Positions 25,340-34,355 of a DNA stretch of 58,274 bases are shown one piece after another. Position numbers and translations under genes: made by a program. The DNA is from Candidatus Enterousia sp. GTDB lineage: Bacteria; Pseudomonadota; Alphaproteobacteria; Rs-D84. The stretch covers positions 1 to 58,274 of the forward strand of contig JAZRJG010000014.1 in the NCBI GenBank assembly GCA_045645725.1, given 5' to 3'. Every line of letters starts with the position of its first letter. The stretch's first letter is position 1. The notes beneath the pieces were generated by a model. It was not told where the DNA came from. It ran no database searches and saw only the letters and a program-made list of their open reading frames with translations.

Positions 25340-26620
25340 TTATATCGGTAATATAATGCGTACGCGCAGTCCGCCCATGTCGCTGTCTTCCAAGAATATT
25401 TGGCCACCATGGTTTTCGATTGCGGTTTGGGCGATTGACAATCCCAATCCGGTGCCACCCGTATTTGTGCCGCGCGCATCGTCCAGACGTACAAATGGGC
25501 GCATCGCATCGCGTTTGCGGTTGTCGGGGATTCCAATGCCGTCGTCTTCTATTGTTATAGTAACAGAATCTGGGGCGTCCGTTTCGGTTATGCGGATTGC
25601 GCTTTTTGCATATCGGGCCGCGTTTTCAATTATGTTGCTGAATGCGCGTGCCAATGCCATCGGGCGTGCATAGAATTGGGTTGGGTTTTCCGGAAAGTCC
25701 GTAATGATTTCTTTTGTGCCGGCTGCGTCGCGGGCAATGCGAATCAGCATTGGGGGTAATTCGGTCGCCTGCTCTATTTCCGGCGTTTCGCCACGTGCAA
25801 ACGCCAGATATCCGTTTACCATTTCTGTCATACGGTCTATGTCACGGATTAAGTTTTCGGGTGTGGCGGTTTCGGTTTCAACGGCCAAGCGCATACGTGC
25901 CAGAGGTGTTTTTAAATCGTGGCTGACCGCGTTTAACATATCTGTTCGTGTGCGATTGTATCTGTCCAGACGTTGTTTCATGGTTATCATGGATGCGGCG
26001 GCTTCGCGGATTTCTTTTGAACCTGTGGGGGTAAACCCGGGGGCGTCCAATCCGCGTCCGAATCGGCCGGCCGCGTTTGCGATGCGCCGTATGCTGCGGG
26101 TGTGCATGATGATAAATGGCGCAATTAATATCGATACAATCAATATTGAACCGATTAACCATATGATAAATACTTCGGTACTGGTTGAATATATGCGGTA
26201 TAAAGATGAACCAAAGGTTGTAATTTGGTTGTTGTTGGTTGGTACGTCAATAAATACCAATCTTTGGGCTTTGTCCATGTATATGTCTGCCGGACGTTTC
26301 AAGCGTTTGGACAATTCGTATGCCAGTTTGCCCGTTTCGTGTGCCGAATTGTCATTATGTTTTGGGCGATTCAGGTTTTCATGGAAAGTTACATTAATGC
26401 CAATGTCACGTGCCATCTTTTTTGTGGATTCGATATCACCTTCGTCAATGAAATTCATCATAGTTGTGATTTCGCCCGCCAAACTGCGTGCCATGGTGTC
26501 GTGTACGCGTGACCAGTGGTTGCCAAAGAATGCGTTTGCGACGATTACTTGGGCGATAATTAATGGAATTAATATCATCAAGATTGTGCGCCATAAGAAA
26601 GTACGTGGTATTAATCTCAT
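25340..26620 (-). CDS. two-component sensor histidine kinase (EnvZ-like)
   Basis: 426 aa. Two TM segments flank a periplasmic loop. H-box SHDLKTPLARMRL, N-box IENAARY, G-boxes DDGIGI and GGTGLGLSIAQ. Confidence 0.9.
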   Translation of the reverse strand: MRLIPRTFLWRTILMILIPLIIAQVIVANAFFGNHWSRVHDTMARSLAGEITTMMNFIDEGDIESTKKMARDIGINVTFHENLNRPKHNDNSAHETGKLAYELSKRLKRPADIYMDKAQRLVFIDVPTNNNQITTFGSSLYRIYSTSTEVFIIWLIGSILIVSILIAPFIIMHTRSIRRIANAAGRFGRGLDAPGFTPTGSKEIREAAASMITMKQRLDRYNRTRTDMLNAVSHDLKTPLARMRLAVETETATPENLIRDIDRMTEMVNGYLAFARGETPEIEQATELPPMLIRIARDAAGTKEIITDFPENPTQFYARPMALARAFSNIIENAARYAKSAIRITETDAPDSVTITIEDDGIGIPDNRKRDAMRPFVRLDDARGTNTGGTGLGLSIAQTAIENHGGQIFLEDSDMGGLRVRIILPI

Positions 26621-26622
26621 TG

Positions 26623-27273
26623 TTAACCTTTTTGTGTTGTGGGTGTGGCGGATAAATCGACTAATTTATATCCACAACCACGGATTGTTATTATGTCTAA
26701 GTGCGATAGTACCAAATTTAATTTGCTGCGCAAGCGTTTTGCAACCATTGGTGATGCAGGCACGGTGTTCCCAATTGGATGTGTCAGATGGGTCAGCAAT
26801 CGTTTCTCTTCGCCCGATAATGGCAATGGGTGTGTGCCAGATGCGTTGGTTGTAAAGAATTCTTGGTTGGAAAATTTTAAACCCGTTGGCATTTGGGTGT
26901 CGGTATTTTTAGTATTGGCGGTCATGTTGTTTATGCGCAATATTAATTCGCGAATTTGAAACGGTTTGGTCAAATAATCGTTTGCCCCACCAGACAGGCC
27001 GTCAATCGCATTCGCCGATCCCGACATAGCCGTTAACATAATCGTTGGTGTTGTGTCCCCAGATGAACGTAGTTGTTTTAAGAAAGTCAATCCGTCTGTG
27101 CCGGTCATCATGCGGTCTAATACAATTGCGTTAACCGATATGCGTTGTAATATGTCTGATGCGTTTTCGGCAGAATTCGCGGTCAAGACGTAAAAACCTT
27201 CTTTGCGCAGGCCTTGGGCCAGTGTGTCGCGCAATATGTCGTCGTCGTCAATGATTAAAATGGTTTTGTTCAT
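26623..27273 (-). CDS. OmpR-family response regulator
   Basis: 216 aa. Receiver domain (IIDDDD..., LDRMMTGTDG, TAMS) plus a winged-helix end (IITIRGCGYKL). Confidence 0.9.
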   Translation of the reverse strand: MNKTILIIDDDDILRDTLAQGLRKEGFYVLTANSAENASDILQRISVNAIVLDRMMTGTDGLTFLKQLRSSGDTTPTIMLTAMSGSANAIDGLSGGANDYLTKPFQIRELILRINNMTANTKNTDTQMPTGLKFSNQEFFTTNASGTHPLPLSGEEKRLLTHLTHPIGNTVPASPMVAKRLRSKLNLVLSHLDIITIRGCGYKLVDLSATPTTQKG

Positions 27274-28193
27274 TGTTTTTCTAATGGTTCAACCGCGTAT
27301 TCGCCGGGGGCAATTGCGTGCATGTTGCCATTTACGCCATCTTCTAATGCGGCGTGGCCCATTTTTACACGTTGTTGCATACCGCCGGGGGCAAATTCGG
27401 TTTTGAATAATGCGTATCCTGTGCCGCCACCGGTTGTTGGTCCCTGCATCCCCAAAGAGTAGTAACCGCCCAAAATGCCATAGTCCAAATCAATGTAGTC
27501 AATGCTGACCATTAATGATATGTTGCTGAAACCGTCGCTGGTCATATTGCATGCGAATTCGCGGTTTGATAGTGTGGCTTGGGAATTTACGGGTACAACG
27601 ATGTCCATAATGGTTGGTTCGCATACACGATTGATACCGTTTACCAAGAATTCATATGTCATACCAACCGTTGCTTTTGAAAGGCCGGTTGATACATATA
27701 CTTGGGAAATAGTCGCTTTTGGAATTTTTGCCATTGCGTTTGCGATACCGCTGCGGACCGGAAATGAAATACCCGATTGCAGACAGTCGCGTGAAAATGG
27801 GTCTGCTTCACAGATATATACGCGCGAATAGTCATTTTGCATGAACATGTTGGCCAAACTGTTGAATAAGAACGTGCGTGTTATACGGTCGTTCAGTTTT
27901 GTGCAACCAAAATTACGGCATATAACCATTGGTCTGTCTGCGAATTTTACGCCCGGGTGCATTTGGGATTCTATGTGACGGGCGTCCATAATGTTTTGGT
28001 CATAGTTCAAACTGTCCGCGCGTTGCATAAATTCGCTTTCTGGGATAAAGTTCGGATCGTCGGGATATGCATAGTACGATTGTACAGGTGTCTCTGTATA
28101 AATCGTTTGAAAATCGTCATATACCGCCGTGTTCGCGTTGGCCGTAAATCCACAGCAGACAAGCATTGCAGACGTTAAAAATAATCTTCGCAT
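27270..28193 (-). CDS. secreted/lipoprotein-like hypothetical protein co-transcribed with the two-component system
   Basis: 307 aa. N-terminal MRRLFLTSAMLVCCGF (signal/lipobox-like). 4-nt ATGA overlap with the response regulator start. No known motif. Confidence 0.65.
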   Translation of the reverse strand: MRRLFLTSAMLVCCGFTANANTAVYDDFQTIYTETPVQSYYAYPDDPNFIPESEFMQRADSLNYDQNIMDARHIESQMHPGVKFADRPMVICRNFGCTKLNDRITRTFLFNSLANMFMQNDYSRVYICEADPFSRDCLQSGISFPVRSGIANAMAKIPKATISQVYVSTGLSKATVGMTYEFLVNGINRVCEPTIMDIVVPVNSQATLSNREFACNMTSDGFSNISLMVSIDYIDLDYGILGGYYSLGMQGPTTGGGTGYALFKTEFAPGGMQQRVKMGHAALEDGVNGNMHAIAPGEYAVEPLEKQ

Positions 28194-28333
28194 TATGTGA
28201 CCTTTGGTTCTCTCGTGGTGAATAATAGAACATTTTAGATAATTGTGTCAAAACAAAAATATTTTTATTGAAATTTGGGTTTGCTTTGTTCTAATCTGGG
28301 GATGAAGTTATAATATATAAGGAAGGTTGGAAT

Positions 28334-28993
28334 ATGGTTGATATTATTATTTCGGGTGAAGCGGGGAAATTGCATGCGGTTTATCATAAATCCGCACAAG
28401 AGGCCGCGCCTTTGGCGGTGATTTTGTCGGGCAACCCCAGACAGAAGTATCATATGAACGATCGTGTGTCGTATGCGATGTTTCGCGCATTTATGGATAT
28501 TGGTTTTTCTGTGGTGCGATTTAATTACCGCGGTGTTGGCGATTCCGAAGGTGTGATTGGGACAACGACGGATAATATGTTGGATATTGCGACCGTAATA
28601 GATTGGATTCAAAATCATAATGAAGACAGTGATAAAATTTGGTTGGCGGGTCATCAATTGGGGGCGTGGTATGTTTTGCAGGCGATGATGCGTCGTCCCG
28701 AAGTTTCTGGATTTGCGCTGGTGTCGCCGGATACAACGGTTTCTGACTTTGCGTTTTTGTCGCCGCGTCCAAATCGTGGTTTGTTGTTGCAGGGGGCGGC
28801 CGAAGGTGATGAAACACGTGCGTTCGCAACACATTTAACACAAATGTTGAAAAAACAGGCCCAGATTGATTTGGAAACAATTCGTGTCAAAGGTGCGGAT
28901 GCGGGTTATTCGCAACCTGCGGATTTGCGCCAAATGTATAATGACTTAAAGGCCTATGTGGGTCGTGAAAACGAAGAAGATAAGTTGTTGTAA
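28334..28993 (+). CDS. alpha/beta-hydrolase-fold protein (COG2945-like) lacking the nucleophile serine
   Basis: 219 aa. The [16 protein letters not shown]...[10 protein letters not shown]...[14 protein letters not shown] pattern matches this family, but the GxSxG elbow reads GHQLG. Confidence 0.7.
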   Translation: MVDIIISGEAGKLHAVYHKSAQEAAPLAVILSGNPRQKYHMNDRVSYAMFRAFMDIGFSVVRFNYRGVGDSEGVIGTTTDNMLDIATVIDWIQNHNEDSDKIWLAGHQLGAWYVLQAMMRRPEVSGFALVSPDTTVSDFAFLSPRPNRGLLLQGAAEGDETRAFATHLTQMLKKQAQIDLETIRVKGADAGYSQPADLRQMYNDLKAYVGRENEEDKLL

Positions 28994-28994
28994 T

Positions 28995-29984
28995 ATGACA
29001 AATGGCGAAAGATTTTTAGATGCAAATGTGCCAGATGAATTTGGGGCAACAATTCGTCCGCGTATTTTGATGGACTTTATCGGGCATGACAGTTTGAAAC
29101 AGAATTTGTCTGTGTTCGTGTCGGGGGCGAAAAATCGTGGCGAGGCAATGGATCACGTGTTGCTGTATGGGCCACCGGGGTTGGGTAAAACAACGTTGGC
29201 GCATATTGTGGCAAATGAATTGGGTACAAATTTCCGTGCAACATCGGCACCTATGTTAACCAAGCAAGGTGATTTGGCGGCGATATTGACTTCTTTGGAA
29301 CCCATGGATGTATTGTTTATTGATGAAATACACAGATTGCCAACCGCCATAGAAGAAGTCCTGTATTCGGCAATGGAAGATTTTAAGTTGGATATTATGT
29401 TGGGTGAAGGCCCCAGCGCAAAAAGTGTGCGAATTGACCTGCCCCCGTTTACATTGGTTGGGGCAACGACGCGTACGGGACTGTTGTCCAATCCATTACG
29501 TGACAGATTTGGTATTGATTTGCGATTGACTTTTTATGGTCCCGAAGATTTGGCCAAGATTATTATGCGCAGTGCAAATATTTTGGGGACACCGATTGAT
29601 GCCGAAGGTGCGTTGATGTTGGCGCGGTCGGCGCGTGGTACACCACGTATTGCAAACAGGTTGTTAAAACGTGCGCGTGACTTTGCGGCGGCACTGGGTG
29701 GTGGTCAGATAACGGCTGATACGATTAAAACGACGTTGTTTCAATTGCATATTGATGGGTCGGGGTTGGATGAAATTGATCGCGAATATATGAATACAAT
29801 TATTAAATTCTATGCGGGGGGGCCGGTTGGAATTGAAAACTTGGCGGCGGCATTATCCGAGCCGGCCGATACCATCGAAGATGTTATTGAACCATATTTG
29901 ATGCAGTTGGGCTTTGTTCAACGTACGCCACGTGGTCGTATTATTACAGATGCCGGCTATGCGCATTTGGGGTTGGAAAAATGA
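28995..29984 (+). CDS. ruvB: Holliday junction branch migration helicase RuvB
   Basis: Start at MTNGERF, 1 nt after the upstream stop. Walker [21 protein letters not shown], sensor [28 protein letters not shown]. Confidence 0.95.
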   Translation: MTNGERFLDANVPDEFGATIRPRILMDFIGHDSLKQNLSVFVSGAKNRGEAMDHVLLYGPPGLGKTTLAHIVANELGTNFRATSAPMLTKQGDLAAILTSLEPMDVLFIDEIHRLPTAIEEVLYSAMEDFKLDIMLGEGPSAKSVRIDLPPFTLVGATTRTGLLSNPLRDRFGIDLRLTFYGPEDLAKIIMRSANILGTPIDAEGALMLARSARGTPRIANRLLKRARDFAAALGGGQITADTIKTTLFQLHIDGSGLDEIDREYMNTIIKFYAGGPVGIENLAAALSEPADTIEDVIEPYLMQLGFVQRTPRGRIITDAGYAHLGLEK

Positions 29985-30502
29985 TAAAGGGTTTTGGGAC
30001 ACCAGGGGTGGTGATTAGTTTGGCAAGATTATGTGTGCCCTATCCCACCGATGTAAAGGAAGGCGTTGTGTTTTGTGAAGCAAAACAAATACCTTTTGTT
30101 GGTGTGCTGTATGAATTGGCGGAAAGCCGTCCCGTCGTAGATGATAAGCAAAGATTTGCGGATTTTTATGCGATTGTGTCTGATGTTTATGGTATGCGGT
30201 TTGATGGGCCACTACCGTCGGTGCGGCCGTTGGTTAAATGGTTGGATTATGCGAATGCTGTACCTATGTCATGTACAGATGATGTGCGCAGTGCATTGGG
30301 TAAATCGGGGGTTTTGATTTGTCGTAATCCCGATGAACAACGGTTTTTAACCCATATTTATCTGAATATTATGAATTCTGTGAATAAAAAACCTTTGGTT
30401 AATTATGGTGGTTTGGTGCCGGAATGCTTTGGTGTCGGGATGAAAAGTGTGGCAACACAGGCGTTGGTACAAAAATGGGCGTATCCCAATAGGCAGAAAT
30501 AA
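29981..30502 (+). CDS. hypothetical protein (173 aa)
   Basis: ATGA overlap with the ruvB stop and consistent coding bias. No motif recognised. Confidence 0.5.
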   Translation: MIKGFGTPGVVISLARLCVPYPTDVKEGVVFCEAKQIPFVGVLYELAESRPVVDDKQRFADFYAIVSDVYGMRFDGPLPSVRPLVKWLDYANAVPMSCTDDVRSALGKSGVLICRNPDEQRFLTHIYLNIMNSVNKKPLVNYGGLVPECFGVGMKSVATQALVQKWAYPNRQK

Positions 30503-30503
30503 G

Positions 30504-31115
30504 ATGCAGGCAGTTGTGGATTTCTTTCAAATTGCAGAACGTTTGGAATGCGAGTATCGTTTGACGCGTATGTCGGATGGGCAAAATCAGTCCGTGGCGT
30601 CTCATTCGTGGAATATGGCGATGATGGCGATGGTGTTGCGGCCGTATTTGGTGACGGAAGTTGATATGGTGCGTGTATATCAAATGTGTTTGTTGCATGA
30701 TTTGCCAGAGGCGATTGCGCACGATATTCCTTTGCATGAGCAGACCGATGCCGTTCGGGCCCAAAAGCATGTGCAAGAAATGGCGGCGATAAATCAGATT
30801 TTGTCGTTGTTGGAAAAAAATGATGATGTACGTGCCTGCTTTGATGAGTATGAAGCGCGCAACAGTCCAGAGGCGCGATTGGTTAAAGCATTGGATGTTT
30901 TGGATACAGGGGTTCAGCATATGTGCGCAAAAGATTTGTCGTATGTTGGTGTGTATAACAATAACTTTTATTGGAAAATGTTTTTTAGTGATGACTTTAT
31001 TCGTTTTTTTGATTTTGAACCGGCTTTGCGTGATGTGATGTGTGAAATACGTCGACGTGTTGCGAACAGAATGAAAAATGAATTGGGAATTGATGTACAA
31101 AGGGATATAAAATGA
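30504..31115 (+). CDS. HD-domain phosphohydrolase (YfbR-like 5'-nucleotidase family)
   Basis: Start at MQAVVDFF. HSWNMAMMA...LLHDLPEAIAHDIP (H...HD...D metal site). Confidence 0.75.
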   Translation: MQAVVDFFQIAERLECEYRLTRMSDGQNQSVASHSWNMAMMAMVLRPYLVTEVDMVRVYQMCLLHDLPEAIAHDIPLHEQTDAVRAQKHVQEMAAINQILSLLEKNDDVRACFDEYEARNSPEARLVKALDVLDTGVQHMCAKDLSYVGVYNNNFYWKMFFSDDFIRFFDFEPALRDVMCEIRRRVANRMKNELGIDVQRDIK

Positions 31116-31486
31116 AAATGCATATATTTCCGTTTACCGTTGCCTATGCCGATACAGATGCCGAAGGTATTGTGTATCATGCCAGATATTTGGAAATCGC
31201 CGAACGTGCGCGTATGAATTGGTTGCGTGGACGATTGAATGTTGGTGATGATATTGGCTTTGTTGTGCGTGAATTAAATATCAAGTATATTCAACCGTTA
31301 CGTGTGGCCGATGATTTCGTTGTTGAAACCCAAATGACAGATGTTGGGGCGGCGGTTGTAAAAATTGAACAAAAATTCGTGAAAGATGGAAATATTTATG
31401 CTATAATTGAAATTAGGGTCGCTTATTTGGGTGGGGATATGCGCCCAAAGCGAATTCCACAAGAATTTATTGATGACTTGGTATAG
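31112..31486 (+). CDS. ybgC: tol-pal-associated acyl-CoA thioesterase (4HBT/YbgC family)
   Basis: 124 aa. VAYADTDAEGIVYHARYLEIAERARMNWL hot-dog-fold signature. Sits immediately upstream of tolQ. Confidence 0.85.
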   Translation: MKMHIFPFTVAYADTDAEGIVYHARYLEIAERARMNWLRGRLNVGDDIGFVVRELNIKYIQPLRVADDFVVETQMTDVGAAVVKIEQKFVKDGNIYAIIEIRVAYLGGDMRPKRIPQEFIDDLV

Positions 31487-31512
31487 GTCGCTTTAATAAA
31501 AGGAAGGAAGAA

Positions 31513-32007
31513 ATGGAAAATAATTTTTCAATTTTAAGCTTGTTTACCAGTGATTGGATGACTGTGTTTTGTTCGGTTGTGTTGGTTGGGTTCAGTGTGA
31601 TGTCATGGGCAATTATTATTGAAAAGATTCGCCTGTGGCGCGCGTTCAAACGTTCGCCGGTTAAAATAAAGCCAACCGATAATATGGATACGATTGCGGA
31701 TAAATTAATTCGTCCGTATGATAAAAATTTGTGGTTTTTATCTATGGTTGCGTATATATCGCCGTTTATCGGTTTGTTTGGAACCGTTTGGGGGGTTATG
31801 GATTCTTTTGCGGCAATTGGTGTAAATCAATCGGTCAGTATTGGTGTAATTGCCCCGGGTTTGGCGGTGGCGTTGGGTACAACTGCGCTGGGGTTGATTG
31901 CGGCGGTGCCGGCGGCGATTGCGCATCAATTCTTTGCCAAAAAATCTGATGAACTGTACGACAGATTAAATGAAGTTCGTTGTGAATTAAAGTGTAAACA
32001 GCAATAA
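31513..32007 (+). CDS. tolQ: TolQ/ExbB-family proton channel (short form)
   Basis: 164 aa, three TM segments, PFIGLFGTVWGVMDSF and GLAVALGTTALGLIAAVPA motifs. Confidence 0.85.
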   Translation: MENNFSILSLFTSDWMTVFCSVVLVGFSVMSWAIIIEKIRLWRAFKRSPVKIKPTDNMDTIADKLIRPYDKNLWFLSMVAYISPFIGLFGTVWGVMDSFAAIGVNQSVSIGVIAPGLAVALGTTALGLIAAVPAAIAHQFFAKKSDELYDRLNEVRCELKCKQQ

Positions 32008-32022
32008 TAAAGGGTTGATGCT

Positions 32023-32421
32023 ATGTCCAGAATTCGACGCAGACAATCCGATGGCGGGATTCAATTGACGCCTATGATTGATGTTATGACTGTGTTATTG
32101 GCGGTGTTTATGGTTACCACGCCGATGATGACAACAGGTATTGATTTAGAATTGCCCCGTGCGGGGGCGTCCGCTATGACCGGAAATGACCATGCGATTC
32201 AAATTGGTGTTGATGCGCGTGGACGGTATTTTTTGTCTGAAATGGAATTGCCCCGTGATGAAGTTGTAAAACGCGCAATCGCAATGCGTGGCGAAAATCC
32301 AAATTTAACTATTATGATCAGTGGTGATACACATACCGATTATGGTGCGGTTATGGGGATGATGGGGGCATTGAAAGATGCCGGTTTCCAGAAAGTTGGA
32401 TTACGTACTCGGCCAGAATAA
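32023..32421 (+). CDS. tolR: TolR/ExbD-family protein
   Basis: 132 aa. LTPMIDVMTVLLAVFMV TM segment with the conserved Asp. ISGDTHTDYGAVMGMMGALKDAGF. Confidence 0.88.
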   Translation: MSRIRRRQSDGGIQLTPMIDVMTVLLAVFMVTTPMMTTGIDLELPRAGASAMTGNDHAIQIGVDARGRYFLSEMELPRDEVVKRAIAMRGENPNLTIMISGDTHTDYGAVMGMMGALKDAGFQKVGLRTRPE

Positions 32422-32424
32422 ACT

Positions 32425-33225
32425 ATGTGCAAATTAGACAGATTTTCGTCGGAAAACTTATTGATGTCCATTTGTGGACACTTGGTTTTGGTAGCAATAA
32501 TAGTGACGTCGGTTGCTGTTGTGCTTAATCGTGCAATGATGGTTGCGCCGGACAGAATTCAAATTATGGAAATCGATTTGAACCAAGTTGTCGTGTCGGG
32601 CGAAGAAACCAAGTTGTATAATGTTGGTCAAGTCGCAGAACAAAAAGAAGAAGAACAGAAAACTGTGCCGGATTCAAAGCCGGATGCAAAACCCGATGCA
32701 GATTCAGAAGAAGTTGAAGAAATCAAAATAGAAACGCCAACTTTGATAGAGGAAAAAAAGCCAGAGCCAGAAGAAGTGGTCGAAGAGAAAAAAGAAGAAA
32801 AAAAGCCAGAAGAGAAAAAGACCGAAGCGTCTAAACCGGTTGAACCCGCGCCTGCACCAAAGAAAAAGAAGGTTGTACGTGTAAATCGTGAAGTTTTGTC
32901 TTTAGATCGTACATTGACGGTGTCGGTTGTTGATGCGTTGCGTGTTGCAATGACGCGTTGTTGGGTAATTGATTCAAAGCGGCCAGATATTTCCGATATT
33001 CGCGCGGTTGCGCATTTGACGATGCGTAAAAATGGAACGGTGCGTGATGTGTGGTTTGAATCGGCCGCACGTGCAGAAACAGATCCGGCATTTGCGTATG
33101 TTTTGGATACAATTCGCGCGGCGATTGATCGGTGTCAGCCATTGCGTATGTTACCCGCAAATGAATTTTCAAAGTGGGAAAAAATCCAATTAACCTTTTA
33201 TCCAACCCAAGGTAAAGTTATGTAA
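32425..33225 (+). CDS. tolA: TolA-like protein (N-terminal TM, Lys/Glu/Pro-rich spacer, TonB_C-like end)
   Basis: 266 aa. EKKPEPEEVVEEKKEEKKPEEKKTE spacer. Position after tolR. Confidence 0.7.
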   Translation: MCKLDRFSSENLLMSICGHLVLVAIIVTSVAVVLNRAMMVAPDRIQIMEIDLNQVVVSGEETKLYNVGQVAEQKEEEQKTVPDSKPDAKPDADSEEVEEIKIETPTLIEEKKPEPEEVVEEKKEEKKPEEKKTEASKPVEPAPAPKKKKVVRVNREVLSLDRTLTVSVVDALRVAMTRCWVIDSKRPDISDIRAVAHLTMRKNGTVRDVWFESAARAETDPAFAYVLDTIRAAIDRCQPLRMLPANEFSKWEKIQLTFYPTQGKVM

Positions 33226-33227
33226 AT

Positions 33228-33258
33228 AAAAAACATGCGCCCGTGGGCGCATGTTTTG
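33228..33258. terminator. bidirectional terminator shared by tolA (+) and rnpB (-)
   Basis: A-run, ACATGCGCCC-GTG-GGCGCATGT, then a T-run. Confidence 0.75.
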
Positions 33259-33586
33259 TAGACAGGCATATAAGCCGGGTTCTGTGCTGCCATAATTCAG
33301 TGTGTTTTGCATACCATATTATGGTAGTGAACATGATTAATCTGCATACTGCATTACTGCGGTATGTCAAGCCCTCTACCCGCCCCCATGTGGGACACAT
33401 ATCGGGGGCCTATTTGAGGTTGCTGCACGTAGAGATTGCCCGTTTCACTCGAATTTAATCGTTTCGTCACTGTTGCTCTGATCGTCGGGTCGCCCCGCCC
33501 GGTATATTAGCCGGTACGTTGTCCCATGCAGCCCGGACTTTCCTCAGGATACAAAAATATCCCGCCATGTCCCGCCTGTCGTACGG
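33256..33586 (-). ncRNA. rnpB: RNase P RNA (bacterial type A)
   Basis: The minus strand contains the universally conserved GAGGAAAGTCCGGGC (CR-I) near the 5' end and ACAGAACCCGGCTTAT (CR-V) near the 3' end. The P1 helix pairs GACAGGC with GCCTGTC. About 330 nt. Confidence 0.9.
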
Positions 33587-33592
33587 TGGTTG

Positions 33593-33620
33593 ATTTTAAC
33601 ATTGATTAAATAAATTTCAA
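33593..33620 (-). promoter_or_regulatory. candidate rnpB promoter (TTGAAA-N16-TAAAAT)
   Basis: Minus-strand hexamers place the transcription start about 7 nt downstream, at the 5' strand of P1. Confidence 0.5.
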
Positions 33621-33975
33621 TGTGTTTTTTATTCCAATATGTGGTCGCCTTTTTCGCGGGCGACCGCCGCATATACGCCTGTGTACCCGCGCACATATTT
33701 ATTTGTTTATCCAGCCCGTGTTTGCGCAGGTACTTTGCCGTTGTTTTGTCGTGCCATAATGCAACACGTTCAAACGTTTAGATTAATTTTTTTAGATTGG
33801 GTAAATAAAATTCTTCAAATTTTCTGCCCATGTGTTTCAAACTGTTCAAATCTTGGCGTGGAATTTGAAACAGCATTGTGCAAAATGTGATATCTTTGCG
33901 TTTCTTGTCGTATGTAATGGGCGTAAATAAATACCCCCTGATATGGGGGATTGTAATAGACGTATAGGAATAAAA

Positions 33976-34197
33976 TCAAGATTGTTTTTTTTCGCCCATA
34001 TGTTTGGCGGATGTTAATGCGTGACGCAGGGCTTGTTCAGCGATTTGACGGATTTTTGGGGCAAATGTGCGCATGTTCATGGTGTCTGCGACCGTGTTGC
34101 CAAACAGACGCGCAATATATTCAATTTGTGTTGGTGCGACGATGTAAATGTCGCTGGTTATAGATTGTGGTGTTAATTTTTGTATTGGTTCGCGCAT
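33976..34197 (-). CDS. small hypothetical protein (73 aa)
   Basis: ATG preceded by a GAGGGG ribosome-binding site. No motif recognised. Confidence 0.45.
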   Translation of the reverse strand: MREPIQKLTPQSITSDIYIVAPTQIEYIARLFGNTVADTMNMRTFAPKIRQIAEQALRHALTSAKHMGEKKQS

Positions 34198-34355
34198 GTT
34201 GTTTCCCCTCTCCGCCGTGTTAATTACGTATAATTTATAAAAAAATGTTTTTTTACACTTGTTAATTTGTGCTTTCTTTATTATATCATAAAGTATCTTG
34301 ACCGCAAGTTACAAAATTGCTATATATTGCGTGATAAAAAAGTAAGGAAAGACAA

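Noticed and set aside
25704-26855. 383-aa plus-strand ORF
   Set aside because: It lies antisense to the clearly recognisable histidine kinase and response regulator genes. It has no motifs and is a product of the strand compositional bias.
33218-33458. 60-aa (-) and 71-aa (+) ORFs
   Set aside because: They lie entirely within the RNase P RNA gene, identified by its CR-I and CR-V sequences.
33639-33890. 83-aa plus-strand ORF in the spacer between rnpB and the small gene at 33976
   Set aside because: It has no ribosome-binding site or recognisable motif, its start overlaps the GGTCGCC...GGCGACC hairpin upstream of rnpB, and its composition is atypical. Left unannotated; it could be a decayed remnant.
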